NCBI GenBank assembly: GCA_009914755.4
Contig: CP086569.2
Coordinates: 13,792,001-13,856,000, forward strand
Length of the DNA stretch: 64,000 nt
Reading direction: 5' to 3'
From: the human T2T-CHM13v2.0 reference genome, Homo sapiens
Shown here piece after piece: positions 15,662-29,759 of the stretch. Positions within the stretch are counted from its first letter, which is position 1, and each line of letters opens with the position of its first letter. The notes under the pieces were generated by a model that saw nothing but the letters and a program-made list of their open reading frames with translations, searched no databases and had not been told where the DNA came from. Both the position numbers and the translations under genes were made by a program.

Positions 15662-15706
<45 letters not shown>
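15661..15706 (+). repeat. (AAT)15 microsatellite derived from the Alu tail
   Basis: aataataat... 45 nt without interruption. Confidence 0.95.
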
Positions 15707-16072
15707 TTCACACAATAGTGAGGAACAAAATTGGATGACTCACACTTTCTGGCTTCAAAGTTTGCTAGAAAGCTATAGGAATCATATTGTCTTGCTTAGC
15801 ATACTAAGGAATAGTCACACAGATGAATGGAATAGAGGAGAGAGAGCTCAGAAATAGACCTACATAAGTATAGTCAATTCATCTTTGACATAGAAGCAAA
15901 GATAAAAAGAAAAAAGAAGATTCTCATTTCAACAAATGATAGTGAAACAATTGTCCATGAGAAAAAAAATCAAGACACAGACTTTATACCTTTTACAGAA
16001 TTAACTCAAAATGAATCATAGACCTAATTATAAACCCAATAACTATAAAACTTATTAAAAAAGACATAGGAG

Positions 16073-16382
16073 ACTGGGAGCAGTAGCTCAGGCTTGTAAT
16101 CACAGGACTTTGGGGAGGCTGAGGTGGGAGGATTGCTTGAGCACTGGAGTTCAAGACCAGCCTGGGCAACATGGTGAAATCCCATCTCCACAAAAAAATA
16201 CAAAAATTATCCAGGTGTGTTTCTGTACGCTTGTAACCCCAACCACCTGGAGGCTGAGGTAGGAGGATCATCTGAGCCCAGGAGATCAGGGCTGCAATGA
16301 ACCATAGCTGTGTGTCTGCACTCAAGCCTTGGCAACAGAGTGAGGCCCTGTCTCAAAAAGAAAACAAAAACAAAAACAAAAA
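16073..16382 (+). mobile_element. Alu
   Basis: gactgggagcagtagctcaggcttgtaatcacaggactttggggaggctgagg ... tctcaaaaagaaaacaaaaacaaaaacaaaaa. Confidence 0.85.
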
Positions 16383-16638
16383 TGACAAAGGAGAAAATCT
16401 AGGCGATCTTAGGTCTGCAATTAACTTTTATAAAACAGCAATACTGTGTGGTATTCAAATACAATTATATTTATTTGAAGTATACATACAATTCACCTAA
16501 AGTTTTAAGTTTAATAACTTTTGGTATACTATATAATTAAATATTAATACAGTATAAAGAATATATATTATTATTAACATAGTATACCAAAATTTATTAA
16601 ATTACTAATTTAAATTGTAGTACACATATAAAATATAA

Positions 16639-17264
<626 letters not shown>

Positions 17265-18557
17265 GTTGTAATAACTTCTAAGTGTGCAGTTTAGTGGCAT
17301 TAATTACAGGCATAATGTTGTGTAACTGTCACCACTATCACTTTTCAAAACTTTTTGTATCACCCTAATCAGAAACTCTGTAACTAGTAAGCAATAACTC
17401 TCTATTACCTTCTCATCTCAGACCCTGGCAAATCTCTAATCTACTTTCTGTCTTTATTAATTTGCACATTCTAGATATTTTATGTGAGAATCAAATGCTA
17501 TTGCTCCTTTTGTCATGTAGCTCAGGCTGATCTCGAACTCACCAAGCACCTAAGCTTCCCACAGTGCTAAGATTACTGTCATGAGCCACTGTGCCCCACC
17601 AGAAATTACTTTTACTCTACCTTTTGTTATGATCTTTTTTCAGCATGATTTTGTTTACCTAAGCACATTATTTATTTTCATCATTTCAGTTTATCCCAGT
17701 AATATCAATAATAATGATTACTATTATTTCAGCTTCTTACATATCTCAATATTACATGGATAGTAAGAGACTTGGAACCACAGAGTAGTGAAAAAAGACA
17801 AATATAATACAATATAGGAAAATATAGAGTAGGAATGATTACTTAATAAAAGTCATTTGAGGTGCTGTGAAAGTTTGTTCACTTACCTACCTAAGTATGT
17901 AACTTTAGCTTTTTTAGCCTGTATACATTCTAAGACAAAAGTTTATCTTTTTTCTTCCTAATTTGATACTTGTGTCATAATATACTAATTAACAAACCAC
18001 ACTAGCTGTTTGGACTTGAGTAGTTGTAGAATAACTGAAAATAGGAAACTGCTATATATATATGTATGTATAATATATATAACCTTTTTTCAGGTACTCC
18101 TATTGCAATACCTGCATTTCAGCACTATTCAAAAGTAAAATAAGTCCCAGAGCCAGGTTAGTCATTATGTCCTATTTATTGCTAATTTTCATATACAAAT
18201 GAGAGCTGTCAGAATTCACAGCTTCTGAATATCAGAAGCTCATGTTTTCCCTGGTCTATACAAAAAGGAAATAAGTGAGGCCAAAAATGTACTTTAACAG
18301 TGCTCCATAATACGAATCTCATAAATGAGCTGGAATAGACCCTGAGGTCTTCAAGCCTAGTTTCTCAAGATCGTATTTTGTAAACTTGTGCTAGCAGTTT
18401 TGAATATCACAATGATTGGCATGGGCTGCTGACATTTTAGCAGGCAGGGCTCAGGGTGTTAGATGTCCTGTAATTCAGGGACATTCACAGTAGAAAATAC
18501 TTTGGTTAGGATTTAAACCTACAAAATTGCTTTAAACATAAACTCAAAAGTATTCTT

Positions 18558-18869
<312 letters not shown>

Positions 18870-19616
18870 AAGGATTTTTGAATACTTTAAACATACAGGG
18901 AGTGTTTTTTTTCCCCCCGAGAAGGCAACGACTGTATAAATTTATATTGTTTTTACCATTTTAGAAATACTACCGTTTGCAACCCTGTTCATAATACAGT
19001 GAGTTGTGAATACATTCTGTTTGTATTTGCAGCTAAATTAGGCAACCACTTGTGTATTTGTCAGTGTAGCAGTGGCGGTCATTTACATGCCAAAATACAT
19101 ATTTTATTATAAATATTCTTTTAATTATATAATAATTAGGTTTGTTAGGGGCCAGAGGGGTGTCATTGTGCATCATTTGAGTTTATTTCTTTGGGAGGCA
19201 AAGAGAGAGGAAAGGAAGGTCAAAAATGGAGAAGGCCAATAAATTTATTTTATATCACGTGTGAATTTAACTTGAGAATGGTAAAGGTGTCGACACAAAA
19301 TATGTTATAAAAAAGGAAATCTAGTTGACAACTTTAACTTGCCAAAGCAGTAAACCAACTTCACTCTGGGAACACTGAATAGAAAGTGTATGTTCCAATC
19401 ACTTTGAATGTTTTAATTTTAAATTCGGAAAAGCAGAAATATTTGTGATAATGTTTTGAGAATGGAGGTATTTGAATTTTAGCACTAGGAAACCCTTTGA
19501 AGGACGGTGTAAAATCTGGATATTTAATCTGGTTTCGCTGAGAGTTCAGAGGGAAGAAGTGTTTGTAAAACCACGTATATGGCTATTAGTTAAAGCCAGG
19601 AATCTAGTACTAAGCT

Positions 19617-19647
<31 letters not shown>

Positions 19648-19914
19648 TCTGCTGAATCTGGACTAGAGGGAGGACTGAGAATTTGGCCAAAAAAAGTAAC
19701 TCCTTCTAGGGCAAAAGACTATTTCCCACCCACTGCAGCGCCTGTAAGTTGTTACGAACGTAGGACAACTTTGGTGTAGTGGTTCCTTCAGTAGGCCGAT
19801 CCCCCTCAACCCTCATTCTTTTGGGCAACCAAAAGAGTCTTTCACAATCCCATGGCTAGGCTGGCTTTGGGGACGTAGTATAGCACTGGTTAACCTAGGT
19901 TGCAGGGTGCCCAG

Positions 19915-20325
19915 AAAAACAAGGGACCTATGCCAGTGTGCGTTAAGGGCCTAGGTCCCCCGGTAGGTGTGTTATCACCAGGGTCATTCAGTATATAATT
20001 GTTTCATTGTTTCGTGAAAACAAGGGACCTATGCCAGGGTGCGTTAAGGGCCTAGGCCTAGGTCCCCTTGTAGGTGTGTTATAATCAACGTCATTCAGTA
20101 TGTAATTGTTTCATTGTTTCTTCATCACTATGCCAGGGTGCGTTAAGGGCCTAGGCCTAGGTCCCCTGGTAGGTGTGTTATCATCAACGTCATTCAGTAT
20201 GTAATTGTTTCATTGTTTCTTCATCACTATGCCAGGGTGCGTTAAGGGCCTAGGCCTAGGTCCCCTGGTAGGTGTGTTATCATCAACGTCATTCAGTATG
20301 TAATTGTTTCATTGTTTCTTCATCC
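19915..20325 (+). repeat. Minisatellite of about four tandem units of ~100-106 bp (units begin near 19915, 20017, 20129, 20229). Copies 3 and 4 are identical 100-mers. It is consistent with the Y-specific MSY2 (DYS440) minisatellite 5' of DDX3Y.
   Basis: Direct reading. The unit tatgccagggtgcgttaagggcctaggcctaggtcccctggtaggtgtgttatcatcaacgtcattcagtatgtaattgtttcattgtttcttcatcac repeats with period 100. Confidence 0.85.
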
Positions 20326-20699
20326 TGTGATGCTAAAGCCGTATGCTCATAAAGCGCAGGCACACCGGTAGAAAAACTAGAGGGGTCTGGAGTTCCTAGG
20401 TGAACCCCAGCAGCCTAACCCTGTCAAGTCTGTCGAGCCTCTGGCTGGTCACACGTGCTGCGGAATCCACTCAGCTTTCCTCAGGTGCAGTCAGGTCCAT
20501 CCTGCAGAGGGACCTTCTGCGGACCTGTTCTTTCACCTCCCTAACCTGAAGATTGTATTCAAACCACCGTGGATCGCTCACGTAAAATGGTCACTGCGCC
20601 TAACACCTGGGATCCCGTAACCCTTATCTATCTTGGCTTCAGAGAGTTTTTTGACTAGTTCCAACTTTGCTGAAGCTTGTCAAAGGTAGGTGACGGCTA

Positions 20700-22250
20700 G
20701 TTGGAACGGAAAAATTTTACGAAACTTCCTATTCTCAGAAGTAAAAGGGAAGAGAGAGTGCTTAAGGAAGAAGGGAAGTTGAGGGTGGGTAAGGAGGGAG
20801 CGGGAGTTAGTGGTAGATTGTCACTGTGTTTAAGATTTCCCCAAGGCGAAAAAGGCGAAAGATATCTTGCTAGATCCCTAGAATTCGAAGGCATTAGGAG
20901 AGGGCGGGGATAGCAAACATCGCGCGAATTTTGAGAGGCGCTGGGACTACGTAATCCCGCGATCTTATGACTAAACGAACGCGATTTAGGGAGAAGTAAC
21001 GGTAGCGATAAAGGGATTGGGTGGTGGTGGTGGAGGGGTGGAGCCAACGATTACGCACGTTGTGCGTGCTGTCGTATAGCTGTGGGAGGGGCCATATTAC
21101 CGCGTAGGCTAACCAGTGCGCTTAATAGCTGTAGGTCCAGTGTAAGAGTTCCGCTATTCGGTCTCACACCTACAGTGGACTACCCGATTTTTCGCTTCTC
21201 TTCAGGGATGAGTCATGTGGTGGTGAAAAATGACCCTGAACTGGACCAGCAGGTGAGTCAAAGTAAGCCTACCGAGGCTTTCTACGGGACCCTTTACTTG
21301 GCCTGACGGTTTGTGGCGCACTGTTAATTGGTTTTTCAGTTTCACTTCTGGTGGGTTCGTGTGTTATGTGACTGGGACTCTAGGGAAATGGGGAGAGAAA
21401 CTGCATGAGACCATGACAAGACCACGTACGGAAGGGATCGTGCGATGGCAGTAACGTTAATGGTAGTGGTTACGCTGGTATTCTGGTATAGTACTGGGCC
21501 TCACGCAATGGCGGCTTTTGTGTTTGCTTGTCCCGTGGAGACGCGCATGTGCGACCACGAACCCGTTTGTGAGGGGGCGGGGGAGGGAGGCGGTTCGCAA
21601 AAGCGGACCGTTTTTATGTCCAGGGTGAGGCTCTTATCTGGCGCCCCTGACGTATTCGCAGTAGTGTCATTGTTAAGAAGAAAGTGTATTCAGGCCACCC
21701 AGTTTGTGTAGCGAGAAGAAAGAGTAGTATGGTCTTTGCTCGGGCAAATGGCCAGAGTCTTTGTGTATACAATTGTGTGACTTGGCAGCGCTGTGTTCCT
21801 TGAGCAGAGGGGCCAGGCCTGTGGAATTCTTGAAGACGAGTGACTATAATATAGCACAACGTAACAAGTATCCTGTATCTTGTTTCTGGTGGGGTCCCGT
21901 AGCCACGGAGCAACCGTTGCCCGGGTGCTGAGCGTGCCGAAACTGGGCTTCCGGTATGGAAAGTTTTGTGACGCAGAAGGACCGGAAAGGGATGGTGGGG
22001 AGGGTAGGGAAGGATGGCTGCCGCGTGCTTCTCTTGACCCTGTAGAAATAATGGAAATTGGACGCCCGCGGAAAGACACCTGGAAGGTTAGAGATCCAGC
22101 ATTGCGCTACACCCCTTTGTTAATTCAGTCACTGGACAGCCGCCTAGCCGAGAGCTGTGCGGTTTTTATATGGTATTGTATCTTTACTTTAGGCGATACA
22201 TGCAGAAGTCGTCCGGTAGAAAACTAACCTCGAATGTTGATTAGCGGGAC
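20700..22250 (+). promoter_or_regulatory. DDX3Y: CpG island covering the DDX3Y promoter, GC-rich 5'UTR, exon 1 and the start of intron 1
   Basis: High CpG density relative to the flanks (cgcgcgaatt, gcgatcttatgactaaacgaacgcgatt, gggggcgggggagggaggcggttcgcaaaagcggaccg, gacgcccgcggaaag). It surrounds the ATG at 21208. Confidence 0.8.
21208..21252 (+). CDS. DDX3Y: DDX3Y exon 1 coding part (MSHVVVKNDPELDQQ), donor gtgagt at 21253
   Basis: ATG at 21208 lies in a GC-rich CpG island. 15 codons are followed by the consensus donor GTGAGT. The ORF track also shows MSHVVVKNDPELDQQ. Confidence 0.93.
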
Positions 22251-23807
22251 AGGTTATTTGTGGTTTACTTTCTTGTTATCGCCGAAGGATTGTTGATATA
22301 GGTTTAACTGTGTTTCCATTAAGGGCAGATCCTTTGGAAGTTTGGGCGATGAGGCAGAAGATAGGTGGTCTACGTGTTAGATCAGGCTCGTTTTCTGTGT
22401 CAGGAACCTACCGCGCTTTTGCATTTGGCACACCAGTCGTTTGCAAGCTTATCCCTGCATTTCTGCCTCCCAAGTCTAGGGGAGAGAATGAATAAAGAGC
22501 ATACATTTTTTTTTTAACCAAAAAATACCGTCGGAACTTCTTAGTTGTAATTAAAGCTTAGTGATGCTAAATGATTTTAAATTTTGCTGTTAGGTGTCGT
22601 TTGAGGGATTTAATGGTCTGCCTTTGAAGGTTATTTTTCCACTGACGACGTATTAACGCCTGCAGTTTACTGAGACTTGACGTGTTAAATAGACCACAGA
22701 AATAGAAAATTAAGAGCCTGGGCAATACGCATTTATGTTTTCTATGTAATTGGCATCCCTTTAACTCTTGATAAACCGTGCTGTCTAGTTCACTAGAATT
22801 AAGTAGTAAATTCAGATGGCAAGATTTTTAAGTACAGTAGTATCTTAATTGATGATTCATGTAATGTGATAGTATCTTGAACTTATATATGTAAGCTTTC
22901 TACGGCATAGAAAGTTTGTGCAAAAAGGTGACCAAGGTGCTCTTGGCATTGGTCTTAACGTGTTTTTTGAAAAAAATCTATTTTAACGTACATGGTTTTT
23001 TCCCCCACCCCCGCCACCGCTTCAGAGTTGTTCTAGGTAAGGTATTATGCTGAAAGCCCTTAAAGCGAAATAACCTTTTTTCTAGTTTTAAAATCCATCA
23101 GTATAAGGAGGCATGAATTGAGATTGGATATGTCATTTTAGAAACATTAAATACGAGATGTGTTGCTTTTTAACTTCGCAACCAAAGACCTCCGAATTTG
23201 ATGTTTAGAATGGGAGAAATAAATGCTACCATCTCCATAAAGTATCGAACATTAAGTGACAGCTGTGTAAAGCCGCGTAGTACTCAAAACATAGTGAAGT
23301 TTTTTTTTTTTTTTGAGCTTTTGATGTTTAGGAATTTATCTGCATTAAAAATAGTTGTACCGTCTTCAGGGCAAAGATAAATTAAGGAATCTTCAAATGA
23401 TTTTAATGTCCATTTATTTTTAGGGTTAGAATATCAAGAAAACCACTGTCATTGGGAACATTTCACTATCATGACTGTAGCTAAATTGGATGTTGAAGTT
23501 ACTGAGAAATTGATGGTAAATTTTTTTAGTTAGGAAAGTTTTCACTTCGGAAAATTGTTAAGGAAAATTTGTTTTGAATTAATGAATTTGAACTCATTAC
23601 TGTGAAACTGCTGGTATTCAGCTGATGCCATTTGCATTTGTCATGGTTGGTAGACCTGGACATCTTTAAAATTTGGCAGGTAATACCAGGCCGACATGGC
23701 AGCTAAGTTTGTGGTACAGGATAAGATTGGAATCTAGGTCTCATTTGTCTTTTGTGATGTTATCTGTTCTTGTGTATCAGCATGTGAGCTATTGATATCT
23801 CTTCTAG

Positions 23808-23865
23808 CTTGCTAATCTGGACCTGAACTCTGAAAAACAGAGTGGAGGAGCAAGTACAGCGAGCA
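23808..23865 (+). CDS. DDX3Y: DDX3Y exon 2 (LANLDLNSEKQSGGASTAS + 1 nt of K)
   Basis: Acceptor tcttctAG at 23806-23807; donor GTAAGT at 23866-23871; phase 0 to 1. Confidence 0.9.
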
Positions 23866-24036
23866 GTAAGTAAAACTTTTTTTAAAAATGGAGTGTTTAT
23901 CAGAGCTTAATGTTAATGTCTTACTGGACTTGTTAATTTTAAATTTACATTTTTTTCTTTACAACTTGACTATATGAAAATATGAGATATTTTGGTGTGT
24001 CTGGGTAATAAAATACACTGTTTACCTATGTCTGCT

Positions 24037-24218
24037 GAAAATACAAAAAATTATCCTGGCGCTGTGGTACGTGCTTGTAGTCCCAGCTACTCATGAGGCT
24101 GAGATGGGAGAATTTGCTTAAGCCTGGGAGGCTGGAAGCTTCAGTGAGCTGAGATCAGGCCACTGCACTCCAGCATGGGCTACAGAGACCTTGACTCAAA
24201 AAACAAAACAAAAAACCA
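24037..24218 (+). mobile_element. Alu right-arm fragment (DDX3Y intron 2)
   Basis: aaaatacaaaaaattatcctggcgctgtggtacgtgcttgtagtcccagctactcatgaggctgag... Confidence 0.85.
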
Positions 24219-24955
24219 AGAACCTTAATGTAATACACATTATTTTTAGAAAAGCAGTGCCATTCATTTCTGGCCCAGCATGGGATATAAGCCCATCCTT
24301 GTGAATTGACCTGCATTGTGTTAAACCTAATGAAAGAACTTTAACCTGTGCATTTATGTGCTACACCTACTGCTGTTGCCGACGAAGAACCTAACATTCA
24401 GTGATAAAACCAAGCTCATCTGATTTTAAGGTGATGAGTTAGCTATATTCCTGTGAAAGGAAATTAGTTATAAAGACATTCTTTTGAAATACTTGGTCTT
24501 GTTTGGTTTTGGAAGATTGGGTGAGGTTAGTATTTGGATAGGAGAGTAAGGCTGGTGGTTATTCAGTAGTATCCCTGGTTTGAGTCCAGGTTTCTTACTG
24601 TTGTTCAACAAGGAAAGTAGTTGGTATGCTTTGAAACAAAACAAAACAGAACACTTTTAAGTTTTATAAATTTATTTCAAACTTTGTCGTTATATGAACA
24701 TTACAGATATTTAAATGGTAGAGACATTTTTGGATATTTAGTTAAATCCAAAAGTAGGAGGTTTAGTTCAAATTTGGATTTTTGAGTTACAAAATCAGGT
24801 AGTTAAGTACTGTCTACTTCATAAGTTCTTTTACTTCTTAATCATAGACTGGCCTGTTGATTTAACTGAAAACACTTGATTTGTTTTCCAGATCATTTTC
24901 ACTTTCCAACTTTTCATGTGTTTTTATGGTATCACTTTAATCTACCAGTACAGAA

Positions 24956-25256
24956 TTTTTTTTCTTTTTTTGAGACGGAGTCTCGCTCTGTCGCCCAGGC
25001 TGGAGTGCAGTGGCGCGATCTCGGCTCACCCCAAGCTCCCCCTCCCAGGTTCATGCCATTCTCCTGCCTCAGCCTCCTGAGTAGCTGGGACTGCAGGTGC
25101 CGGCCACCATGCCCGGCTAATTTTTTCTATTTTTTTTTAGTAGAGACAGGGTTTCACCTTGTTAGCCAGGATGGTCTCGATCTCCTGACCTCGTGATCTG
25201 CCCGCCTTGGCCTCCCAAAGTGCTGGGATTACAGGCGTGAGCCACCGTGACCAGCC
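24956..25256 (-). mobile_element. Alu (intron 2) with TSD cagtacaga(a/t)t
   Basis: tttttttgagacggagtctcgctctgtcgcccaggctggagtgcagtggcgcg ... gcgtgagccaccgtgaccagcc. Flanks ccagtacagaattttt and ccagtacagatttttt. Confidence 0.9.
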
Positions 25257-25630
25257 CAGTACAGATTTTTTAAAAGCCTCTTACTGGTTAGTTAATTTAG
25301 TATAGCACATAAGAGTCTTTTTTCCCTAGTAGGCTTTTATACTGGGGTAATTACCATGTTTAATGGTCAGTGTTGATTCATGAAGCAGTTATTGGAAATA
25401 GATCCTTTTAAAAGATAATTGTTAGATAACCACTACTAGCTACTGAAATATTTGTGGTTTGCAATGTATTTTAGAGTAAGCATTTTTTCCGCTCATCTTG
25501 CAAAGTAGTTTATTGTATAAAATACAGGTTTTAAAAGTTTGTTTTCCAGGACCTATTTTTTAATAGACATTTTCTAAAAGCAGTATCTTGGCGATGTTAT
25601 AGGCTTCTAATTTTACATTTTCTCTTTTAG

Positions 25631-25678
25631 AAGGGCGCTATATACCTCCTCACTTAAGGAACAGAGAAGCATCTAAAG
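25631..25678 (+). CDS. DDX3Y: DDX3Y exon 3 (KGRYIPPHLRNREASK-G); contains an eIF4E-binding-like YIPPHLR
   Basis: Acceptor ttttAG at 25629-25630; donor GTACGT at 25679. The split codon aaa (K) is completed from exon 2. Confidence 0.9.
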
Positions 25679-27184
25679 GTACGTCTTTAAGGCAACTTTG
25701 TAGACCTAACCTTTAGCAGCTAATCAAAGCCTAGGGAAGAAAGTAACTTTAGGAGGTCTATAAATGTTTTTTGTCCCCTCCTGTGCCTCTTTCAGACTGT
25801 CTTTAAGAACTAGCACTTTCTGTTTTTGGAACAGTTTGTATAATGTTGAATGATGGATAGTTGTTTCCTTTGGCAAACTGAGCCCAAAGAATCTGAGTTT
25901 TGTATAGTGGTTTATCTGTTTGTAAACATTTATGTTTTGAAATTTGAAACCAGTGTATTTGTGGAAATGCCTTACGTAAAAGAAACTGTGTAGTGATAAA
26001 GACCTGCTTGCTGCTGTCTGGAAAAGTTAGCACAGCAAAAGTGGGTTTTTTTTTTTTTAGACTAGTTAACAGTTGTTAAGATTACCACTTTTGGCCACAT
26101 CCAATAAGCTGGTGAGATTGTCTGGTTTCAGCCTAAACAACTTCATTTGAAAGGTGTTGCATGAAATGCCTTAAAACACTTAGGATGGTTTACTATTAAA
26201 TTTGTAATTTAGAAAAGTTTAATTGGGGTGATGTTTTGAGTGCTGCATATACATCAAAAAAATTCTAGGAGAAGGAAAGGTCAGGAAAAGTATTTAAAAC
26301 CAAAAGGAAAGAAGGTAATGATAAAGGGGTGTGGAGTGGGTTTGTATTTCTATGTTTAGTCTGTAGCCTCTTTAGGTCTGTTTATCAGAAGACCACTTAG
26401 CTAATGATTGTATTATTTTTTCAGAATAACTGGAGAATTGTTATTCTGAAAAAATATTGCATCTGGCTGGAATTGCATCAAAGGTTTATTAACTGCCTTA
26501 AGGAGAGTTGGCAATATTTTAGTATTTGAGGGGATGGAAGAGACCTTAAACATCTAACTTCCTAAATCTGGGAAGTACAATCGATTTAGTACAATAGATC
26601 TAGATTTAGGAAGTACAATTATTCATTTGTCTAATATTGGAGATTTAAAAGCAGGGGAAAATAACTTTATTAACTTGTAACTTTAAACATTCATTGAAAT
26701 GTTTGAATTTAGGTAAGTGTGTGGTTGTGAAGTGAGTTTACTCTTGTCATTTTTTTTTTATCAGTTTGTAGACATGGAAAGTAGGCAACAATGAGGGTTT
26801 TTTTGTTTTAACACAAGTATACCTTATTCTTAACGAGCATATTAAGATTACATAGTTACTTTTGGACTTTTAGAATTTGAGGCTATTTTAGAGGTCTGGT
26901 AGAGCAAAGTAGACAACATGGAAATTCCTTGTTTTGTATTGACTACTTCCATTTAGCTGATCTGTTTCTTTTTGGTGTTACTAGACAAAGCTAGATTTTA
27001 AAAGATGAATTAAGATGCTCAGCTAACTAGTCCTGTTTATAGTATTGTTGATAGATAGCAAGTTGACTTCTCCAGGTTCTTCATTGAATGAGTCCTTGTT
27101 TACTATGATGCTTGCTACATACAGTTGCTACATACTACTATGTATGAGTAGTTTTTGGTCATAAACTGCATAGAGTTGGAGCTG

Positions 27185-27472
27185 TTTTTTTTTTTTTTTG
27201 AGACGGAGTCTTGCTGTGTTGTCCAGGCTGGAGTACAGTGGCGCGATCTCAGCTCACTGCAAGCTCCACCTCTTGGGTTCATGCCATTCTCCTGCCTCAG
27301 GCTCCTGAGTAGCTGGGACTACATAGGTGCCCGCCACCATGCCCAGCTAATTTTTTTGTATTTTTAGTAGAGACGGGGTTTCACCGTGTTAGCCAGGATG
27401 GTCTTGATCTCCTGACCTTGTGATCTGCCTGCCTTAGCCTCCCAAAGTGCTGGGATTACAGGTGTGAGCCAT
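27185..27472 (-). mobile_element. Alu (intron 3)
   Basis: tttttttttgagacggagtcttgctgtgttgtccaggctggagtacagtggcgcg... Confidence 0.9.
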
Positions 27473-28018
27473 CCCTGTTTTAATCCATCTGACATATTTC
27501 TTCTGATTATGTAGCTCTCTTAGTTCAAGCTTTTCTGTAGGTAACCCACAGTCCCTGAGGTAATCTTTTACTTAGCTGGGCCTTCCCAAAATGTGTATTA
27601 TATATAGCATATGTTAAATGTTTAGGTTTAACACCTTTTGTATTATTCAGGATTTGTCAAGGATGGGACATAACTAAGAAACTAACAATGGGCTTGCACT
27701 AGCTACAAGTTCAGCTTAAAAATTGGGAACTTGGAATCCCTCTTAGTCATAGCTTAAAAAAAGACTCATCTTAAATAATTTAATTGGAGTAGGTTTATAT
27801 TTTGGATATGTAACATTTACACTTAAAAAATGAATGAAAAAAATTGTTACGATAGTATAGTATTAATAGCATAGCTATGTTACATGCAAGCTACCTTGTT
27901 CTCAGGTCATGAGATTACTTTGCTTCATATAATAATCTCTGGTGGAAGAAAACATTAAAGCTTTTAACAATTCTGCTTATGGGACTTGTAGACCATTGGT
28001 CCCATAAAGATAACATAA

Positions 28019-28240
<222 letters not shown>

Positions 28241-28980
28241 TAAATCTCAGCTTGTGTTTGTATACAGTAGAAATTTAGAAATTTTAATTTGGTAGGTTCT
28301 CATTCTTCATACTTTCAGTGGTCAAGCATATCTTTAACAGATTACTAATGGATTTAAAGCAGAATGTTGGTTTACTCATTGTTTTGTTAGCAGTAAGAGG
28401 TCTTTATTAATTTATTAAATTAGATGAATATGGTATTTGACACAGTGAAATCTGTTTCAACTTAAATGATACTTAAAGCCTGTCTGTGACAGCTTTAAAC
28501 ACTTCATTTTTGATGTGTGTTATAAGTTGATCTTAAAAACCTAATGGCTGTATTTAATCCTTTCTGTTTTTCACAAATAGGAGTAAAACTCTAAAAATAT
28601 TCTCTTGTCACATGTCTACTTTCATATAAAGGAGAAATTCAAGTGTTATTCCTGCTTTCCTACTAGTAAATATATTTAGATGATACTATTTTAAATGAAG
28701 ATGTAAAGTACGTAACTAGTTATAAGTATCTAAAAACCTAATTCTTAGCATGTGAGGTCTAAGCTGTGTGATTTTATAAAAATTTTTATAATTTTCTTAA
28801 AAATGAAGACATAAATTACATTTTAAGTACTGGTTAATTAGAGGGCCTTACTTCACATGAGAAACGAATATTGAATTGCCAGTATCTTCGAAGGGTGGTT
28901 GTGTTCAGTAATTCAACTGATACCCAAGTACGTTTCTAGAGCGATGATAATCTAACATGGGCTAAATCGTGTACTTCTGA

Positions 28981-29154
<174 letters not shown>

Positions 29155-29219
29155 TAAGTTTTTGAAATGTATGTTAATTGTTATGAAATTTATTGCTTAG
29201 TATAACATGTATGTAATAA

Positions 29220-29354
<135 letters not shown>

Positions 29355-29457
29355 TAAAGTTATTAATGCAAACCCATTGGATTATGAAAAAAAAATTAAT
29401 GTCATTGTTAAGAATAATCCTGGAATTAAAAATTTACCAAACTTATGAAGCATCCAT

Positions 29458-29759
29458 TATTTTTATTTATTTATTTTTTTGAGACAGATTCTGTTCTGTC
29501 ACGCAGGCTGGAGTGCAGTGGCATGATCTGAGCTCACTGCATCCTCCTTCCTGGGTTCAGGCCATTCTCCCACCTCAACCTCTTAAGTAGCTGGGACTAC
29601 AGGTGCACACCACCACACCCAGCTCATTTTTGTACTTTTAGTAGAGACAGGGTTTCGCCATGTTGGCCAGGCTGGTCTCAAATTCCTGATCTCAAGTGAT
29701 CTTCATGCCTTAGCCTCCCAGAGTGCTGGGACTACAGGCATCAGCCACCATACCTGGCC
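29458..29759 (-). mobile_element. Alu (intron 6)
   Basis: gagacagattctgttctgtcacgcaggctggagtgcagtggcatg ... catcagccaccatacctggcc. Confidence 0.9.

Noticed and set aside
21082-21306. Track ORF that starts upstream of the DDX3Y ATG in the same frame (MGGAILPRR...SSGMSHVVV), suggesting an N-terminal extension
   Set aside because: Its first codon is GTG (the ORF caller allows non-ATG starts). There is no in-frame ATG between the upstream stop and 21208. The canonical ATG at 21208 gives exactly the 660-aa product.
21445-22227. ORFs of 88-129 aa on both strands in DDX3Y intron 1
   Set aside because: GC-rich CpG-island sequence yields long stop-free stretches by chance. There are no splice or coding signals and they overlap each other on opposite strands.
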